A stretch of 32,000 nt of DNA from Candidatus Electronema halotolerans (GTDB taxonomy: Bacteria; Desulfobacterota; Desulfobulbia; Desulfobulbales; Desulfobulbaceae): contig OW818675.1 in the NCBI GenBank assembly GCA_942493095.1, forward strand, positions 300,001 through 332,000. The letters are read 5' to 3'. This document shows positions 28,267 to 32,000 of this stretch, piece after piece. The position numbers and the translations under genes are program-made. Position 1 is the first letter of the stretch. Each line of letters begins with the position of its first letter. The notes beneath the pieces were generated by a model. That model made no database searches and was not told the origin of the DNA. It saw only the letters and a list, made by a program, of their open reading frames with translations.

Positions 28267-28746
28267 TCAGTCCGCATTGCGCACTGTCACCACTTCGGCC
28301 TTACGGAGCATGCGATTCTCTTCCCTGTCAATGTAGCCTTTTTTGAGCACATCCAGAATTTCCTCATCCTCTTTTTCCGGCATCTGCTTGGTTTCAACAA
28401 TCCGGCACTGTTCAGCCTTGGCCTGTCTGCCGGACAAATCAAGCGGGACTATGTTGCGGGCCGCCAGCAGCCGGAGCAGTTTGCGCTGCATGGCCCGCAT
28501 GTTGTTGACCAAACTGAGGCTGGTCTTGTCCAAGGGCTGCCGCTTGCGCTGGATATTGTTTTCCAAACTGTCAAAGGCATCCAAGACCTCGAACAGCTCA
28601 GTCAAAATATCTAATTCACGGCAGCGGCAGGCTTCCTCCTCCTCGCGGCGGAGCCGTTTCAGCTCGGCGATCTCCCGCTGAAAGGTGACTAATTTTTCCC
28701 GCAGCAGCTCGTCGGGGCGGGGATTGCTGTTGTTTTTTTTCATCAT
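28267..28746 (-). CDS. GrpE-like nucleotide exchange factor family protein
   Basis: ELFEVLDAFDSLENNIQ, internal ..LLRLLAARNIVPLD.., C-terminal VLKKGYIDREENRMLRKAEVVTV typical of GrpE. Confidence 0.75.
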   Translation of the reverse strand: MMKKNNSNPRPDELLREKLVTFQREIAELKRLRREEEEACRCRELDILTELFEVLDAFDSLENNIQRKRQPLDKTSLSLVNNMRAMQRKLLRLLAARNIVPLDLSGRQAKAEQCRIVETKQMPEKEDEEILDVLKKGYIDREENRMLRKAEVVTVRNAD

Positions 28747-28941
28747 GCAATTTCCGGGTTCAGCCGCTGCAGCTCATCTTCCTGCAACAGCATTGTTTTC
28801 GCCAGCAGGCTGAATCGTGAAAAAATTCTGGAAAATTAACGGGCCCCTGTTGGGCCGTACCCTCCTGTTCATCTTCCGTTCATCTTTGTTCTGCTATCCT
28901 GATAATAAAGGGAGACGGAAGATGTACCGCAACCTTTCAGA

Positions 28942-29000
28942 GTGCCTCTGTTCTGACTCCTCCTCTGCGCGCAACGTGTGTGCAGATTGAACAGAGGCAC
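28942..29000. repeat. 12-bp perfect inverted repeat (GTGCCTCTGTTC / GAACAGAGGCAC) with 35-nt loop
   Basis: Directly visible in sequence; lies 3' of the ABC ATPase gene on the minus strand. Confidence 0.7.
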
Positions 29001-29096
29001 CCTTTGTCAAGCAACAGCCTGCCTTTTCAGCATCTTTGCCCTCACTCCTCCTCCGTTCCATTGTGGATCGGACTTGGGCAAAGGTGCTGTTTTTTT

Positions 29097-30722
29097 TCAG
29101 CTATAAAAGGCGGCGGCAAAAAGCTGCCGAGTGTAGTCATGCGCTGGCCGGGCAAAAATCCGGTCTGCCGGGCCAGATTCAACAATTTTTCCCTGCCGCA
29201 TGACAGCCAGCTCATCAGCCAAAGAACGCAGCACCCGCAGATCGTGGGTGATGAAAATATAGGTCAGGCCATGCTTTTCCTGCAGCCGCCGGAGCAGGGC
29301 AATGATCTGGGCTTGAATGGTCACATCCAAGGCTGAGGTCGGCTCGTCAAGAATCAGCAGCTTCGGTTTGAGAATCAAGGCTCTGGCAATGGCGATGCGC
29401 TGCCGCTGGCCGCCGGAGAACTCATGCGGAAAACGGCCTGCCACAGCCGGGTCCAGCTCCACCTCCAGCAAGGCCTGCTCCACCGCCTCATGCCGCTCTT
29501 TCCGGCGCAGACTTGGCTCATGCACTTGCAGGCCCTCGCCAATGATTTGCTCCACAGTCAGGCGGGGCGAGAGCGAGGAAAAAGGGTCCTGAAAGACAAT
29601 CTGGAGATGACGGCGCAGAGGCCGAAACTGGCGGCTGTTCAGATGAGAAAGCAAAATTTCCTGCTCCGCCGGGCAGTAGCGGATAGTGCCTTGAAATGAA
29701 GTCAGGCCGAGCAGGCAGAGGGCCAAGGTGCTTTTGCCGGAACCTGACTCGCCGATGATGCCCAGCGTGGTGCCTTGACGAATGGCAAGGCTGACCTCGT
29801 CAACAGCTTTGAACCTGCTAATTTTGCGGCGTTTGAACAGGCCCTGCCACGTTTTTTTCACCGTAAAGGCGCAGGTGATCTCCTGCATGTCCACCAGCAC
29901 CTTGCCGCCCGCTGCCGGTGTTTTGCTCTCTTGGGGGATAGCCCGGAGCAGCTTGCGGGTGTAGTCCTGCTTGGGCGCGGCAAAGATTGCTTCCGTGTCG
30001 CCCTGCTCAACAATCCGGCCTTGGTGCATGATCGAGACTGTCTCCGCCGCCTGCCGCACCAAGGGCAGGTCATGGGTGATGAGCAGCACCGCCATCTGGA
30101 ATTCCTGCTGCAAATCCTTGATCAGCTCCAGAATTTGGGCCTGAATGGTCACATCCAAGGCTGTGGTCGGCTCATCGGCGATCAGCAGGGCAGGGCGGCA
30201 GGCTAAGGCCATCGCAATCATGACCCGCTGCCGCTGGCCGCCGGAAAGCTGGTGCGGATAGGCTTTGAGCCGGTTTTCAGGCTCTTGAATGCCAGTGCGG
30301 GCCAGCAGGCTGACTGCTTCCTGCCGCGCCTCTTCCGCCGACATCTGCCGATGGAGGAGCAGCGGCTCCACAAGCTGGCTGCCAATGGTATGCACCGGAT
30401 TGAGCGAAGTCATCGGCTCCTGAAAGATCATGGCGATCTCATTGCCGCGCACAGCCCGGATTTCCCGTTTGCTGATCTGAAGCAAGTCCCGGTCTTGGAA
30501 GAGAATCTGGCCCTGCGTCCGCACTCTGCTGACACCCTCCAGCAGGCGGAGAACGGACAGGGCGGCCACAGACTTGCCAGACCCGGATTCGCCGACCAAG
30601 GCATGGGTTTTGCCAGCCTCAATGCTCAGGCTGATGCCGTGCAGGACTTCAGTGTCGCCGCCAAGTTCCTGGTCAGCGAGAAAGGAAAGACAAAGCTGGT
30701 TGATTGCAAGCAGGGGCTTCAT
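29097..30722 (-). CDS. Fused tandem-ATPase oligopeptide/microcin-type ABC transporter ATP-binding protein (DppD-DppF / YejF-like)
   Basis: Two Walker A motifs ([26 protein letters not shown]) and two signature motifs ([30 protein letters not shown]). Confidence 0.93.
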   Translation of the reverse strand: MKPLLAINQLCLSFLADQELGGDTEVLHGISLSIEAGKTHALVGESGSGKSVAALSVLRLLEGVSRVRTQGQILFQDRDLLQISKREIRAVRGNEIAMIFQEPMTSLNPVHTIGSQLVEPLLLHRQMSAEEARQEAVSLLARTGIQEPENRLKAYPHQLSGGQRQRVMIAMALACRPALLIADEPTTALDVTIQAQILELIKDLQQEFQMAVLLITHDLPLVRQAAETVSIMHQGRIVEQGDTEAIFAAPKQDYTRKLLRAIPQESKTPAAGGKVLVDMQEITCAFTVKKTWQGLFKRRKISRFKAVDEVSLAIRQGTTLGIIGESGSGKSTLALCLLGLTSFQGTIRYCPAEQEILLSHLNSRQFRPLRRHLQIVFQDPFSSLSPRLTVEQIIGEGLQVHEPSLRRKERHEAVEQALLEVELDPAVAGRFPHEFSGGQRQRIAIARALILKPKLLILDEPTSALDVTIQAQIIALLRRLQEKHGLTYIFITHDLRVLRSLADELAVMRQGKIVESGPADRIFARPAHDYTRQLFAAAFYS

Positions 30723-30779
30723 GCTGCGGAGTGTACCGCATGACTGAGGGGCAAGGCAAGGAGGGAGCGGGAAAAAATT

Positions 30780-31199
30780 TTATGCCGCTGTTGCCGGGAA
30801 GTCGCCTTTTTTCTGACATTCCGGGCAGATGCCGGTGAATTCCACATGATGGCGGACGATCTTGTAGGCAGTTTTCTTGGCCGCTGCTCTGACAAGATCA
30901 TAAATCACATCCATTTCAATATTTTCCACTTTGGAGCAGACCGAGCAGCGGATATGATAATGCGGCTCTGTGTCCGCATCAAAACGCTTCTGCGAGCCGC
31001 CCACCTCAAGTTTCAGAATGATGCCGCCTTCGGCCATCAACTCCAGATTCCGATAGACCGTGCCCAGCCCGATGCGCGGCAGCCGCTTCCGCACTATGTC
31101 GTACAGCTCGCAGGCCGTGGGATGATTCGCCTTAGTAAGCTCCTCCAGCAGAATCTGCCGCTGCGTTGTCATGCGAATGATGGGGTCTGCGGCCTGCAT
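30780..31199 (-). CDS. Fur-family transcriptional regulator (PerR-like)
   Basis: MTTQRQILLEELTKANHPTACELYDIVRKRLPRIGLGTVYRNLELMAEGG, HYHIRCSVCSKVENI, C-terminal GICPECQ metal-site cysteines. Confidence 0.92.
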   Translation of the reverse strand: MQAADPIIRMTTQRQILLEELTKANHPTACELYDIVRKRLPRIGLGTVYRNLELMAEGGIILKLEVGGSQKRFDADTEPHYHIRCSVCSKVENIEMDVIYDLVRAAAKKTAYKIVRHHVEFTGICPECQKKGDFPATAA

Positions 31200-31347
31200 G
31201 TCCTTCCCTTGCTGGCTAAAAAAATTGTCCTGATGAGGTCAGTATGGCATTTTTCAAATACAATTCCGCATGTTCCGTCAAGAAATATAAAAGAGCTATT
31301 GGGAATGAAAGAGGAATCCTGTTGCGCTGCTTGAATGGGCTGAACAA

Positions 31348-31849
31348 TCACTTGTAATGTTCTGAATAGGCATCAAGCAGTTTTTTGTATCATTTTTTGA
31401 TATTGCGTATGATGCTTTTCCGCTTCACGTTTGAAGAAATCGAGGCTTTTTCTGCTGAGAGTGAGTGTTATTTCAACGTGTCCCTCTTTAAAAAGAAGCT
31501 GCTCCGGTGGTGGCAGAAAATCTTCAATTATGCGAATATCGCCTAACGGTTCGTCTGTATATTCAATTTTTTTGTTTTCTTTGTCATATATTTTCTTCCC
31601 TTTTCGCCAATAGCCAGCACCAATTATTCGTATGGCACTGCCACGAAACGTAAAACGAACAGTTGCAATACCTTCCTGTATCCTGCCGAAACAGTAATAT
31701 CTTTTCTCATCTTGACTATGAGCCGTATCTTCAGCAATAATACGCTGCGGATCGGCAAATGCGTATTGAGCAAGCTCAAATGACACGCCATGCTTTTTCT
31801 GGTTCTGTTGATTTTTAGCTTTATCCTATTCAAACTTGACCTGTTTCAT
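31348..31849 (-). pseudogene. brnT-brnA type II toxin-antitoxin locus with an in-frame stop and two homopolymer frameshifts
   Basis: Reading from ATG (31849): MKQVKFE*DKAKNQQNQKKHGVSFELAQYAFADPQRIIAEDTAHSQDEKRYYCFGR...GAGYWRKGKKIYDKENKK fused in frame to IEYTDEPLGDIRIIEDFLPPPEQLLFKEGHVEITLTLSRKSLDFFKREAEKHHTQYQKMIQK. Removing one A then gives LLDAYSEHYK*. Confidence 0.8.
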
Positions 31850-31851
31850 AA

Positions 31852-31950
31852 GGGTACCTCGAAAAATTGGTATTTTTGGCAGTTGTTGCGTTGTAAATGT
31901 CTGATTATTCGATCACGCCTTCGGCAAAATCGGTATTTTTCGAGGTACCC
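31852..31950. mobile_element. 99-bp MITE-like element related to the IS5-type element in this window
   Basis: GGGTACCTCGAAAAAT...ATTTTTCGAGGTACCC termini closely match the IS termini; 4-bp direct repeat ATAA at 31848-31851 and 31951-31954. Confidence 0.85.
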
Positions 31951-32000
31951 ATAAATTCAGTTCATGTTTCTTTTCTCTCTGCGGTCCAATCAAATTTGAA

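Noticed and set aside
28830-28860. GC-rich imperfect palindrome (acgggcccctgttgggccgt) near the GrpE-like gene
   Set aside because: Stem is interrupted and short; no T-tract or other supporting context, so not reported as a terminator.

Overview
This 32 kb window is gene-dense bacterial chromosome. The gene content would fit a Desulfobulbales-like organism, but that is a guess and no database was consulted. From left to right it contains: the 3' end of a hybrid histidine kinase; a DUF2279-type protein; a surface-glycan cluster (acyltransferase-3, two membrane glycosyltransferases, a SAM methyltransferase and a GT2); a truncated C5-DNA-methyltransferase remnant; split pyruvate carboxylase genes (pycB, pycA) separated by mntA-hepT and higBA toxin-antitoxin modules; a catalase-like protein; livG/livF; a FeoA-domain protein; a tamA - small ORF - tamB module; an AI-2E transporter; an IS5-type element inserted into a second copy of itself in inverted orientation; a GrpE-like protein; a fused oligopeptide ABC ATPase; a Fur-family regulator; and a damaged brnT-brnA locus with a small MITE at its start codon. 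I found no clear new multi-gene system. The best signals are: (1) a 14-unit degenerate 21-bp tandem array (12847-13140) whose unit is itself close to a palindrome (CTTGATCTG-NNN-CAGATCAAG) and is translatable as similar heptads on both strands; (2) the inverted, nested IS pair, which forms ~1.1 kb inverted-repeat arms around a 200-bp spacer; (3) a 99-bp MITE sharing the IS termini, with a 4-bp TSD overlapping the brnT start codon; (4) a brnTA locus with one nonsense and two homopolymer lesions; (5) a 34-bp duplication of the livG 5' end on both sides of the catalase-like gene.
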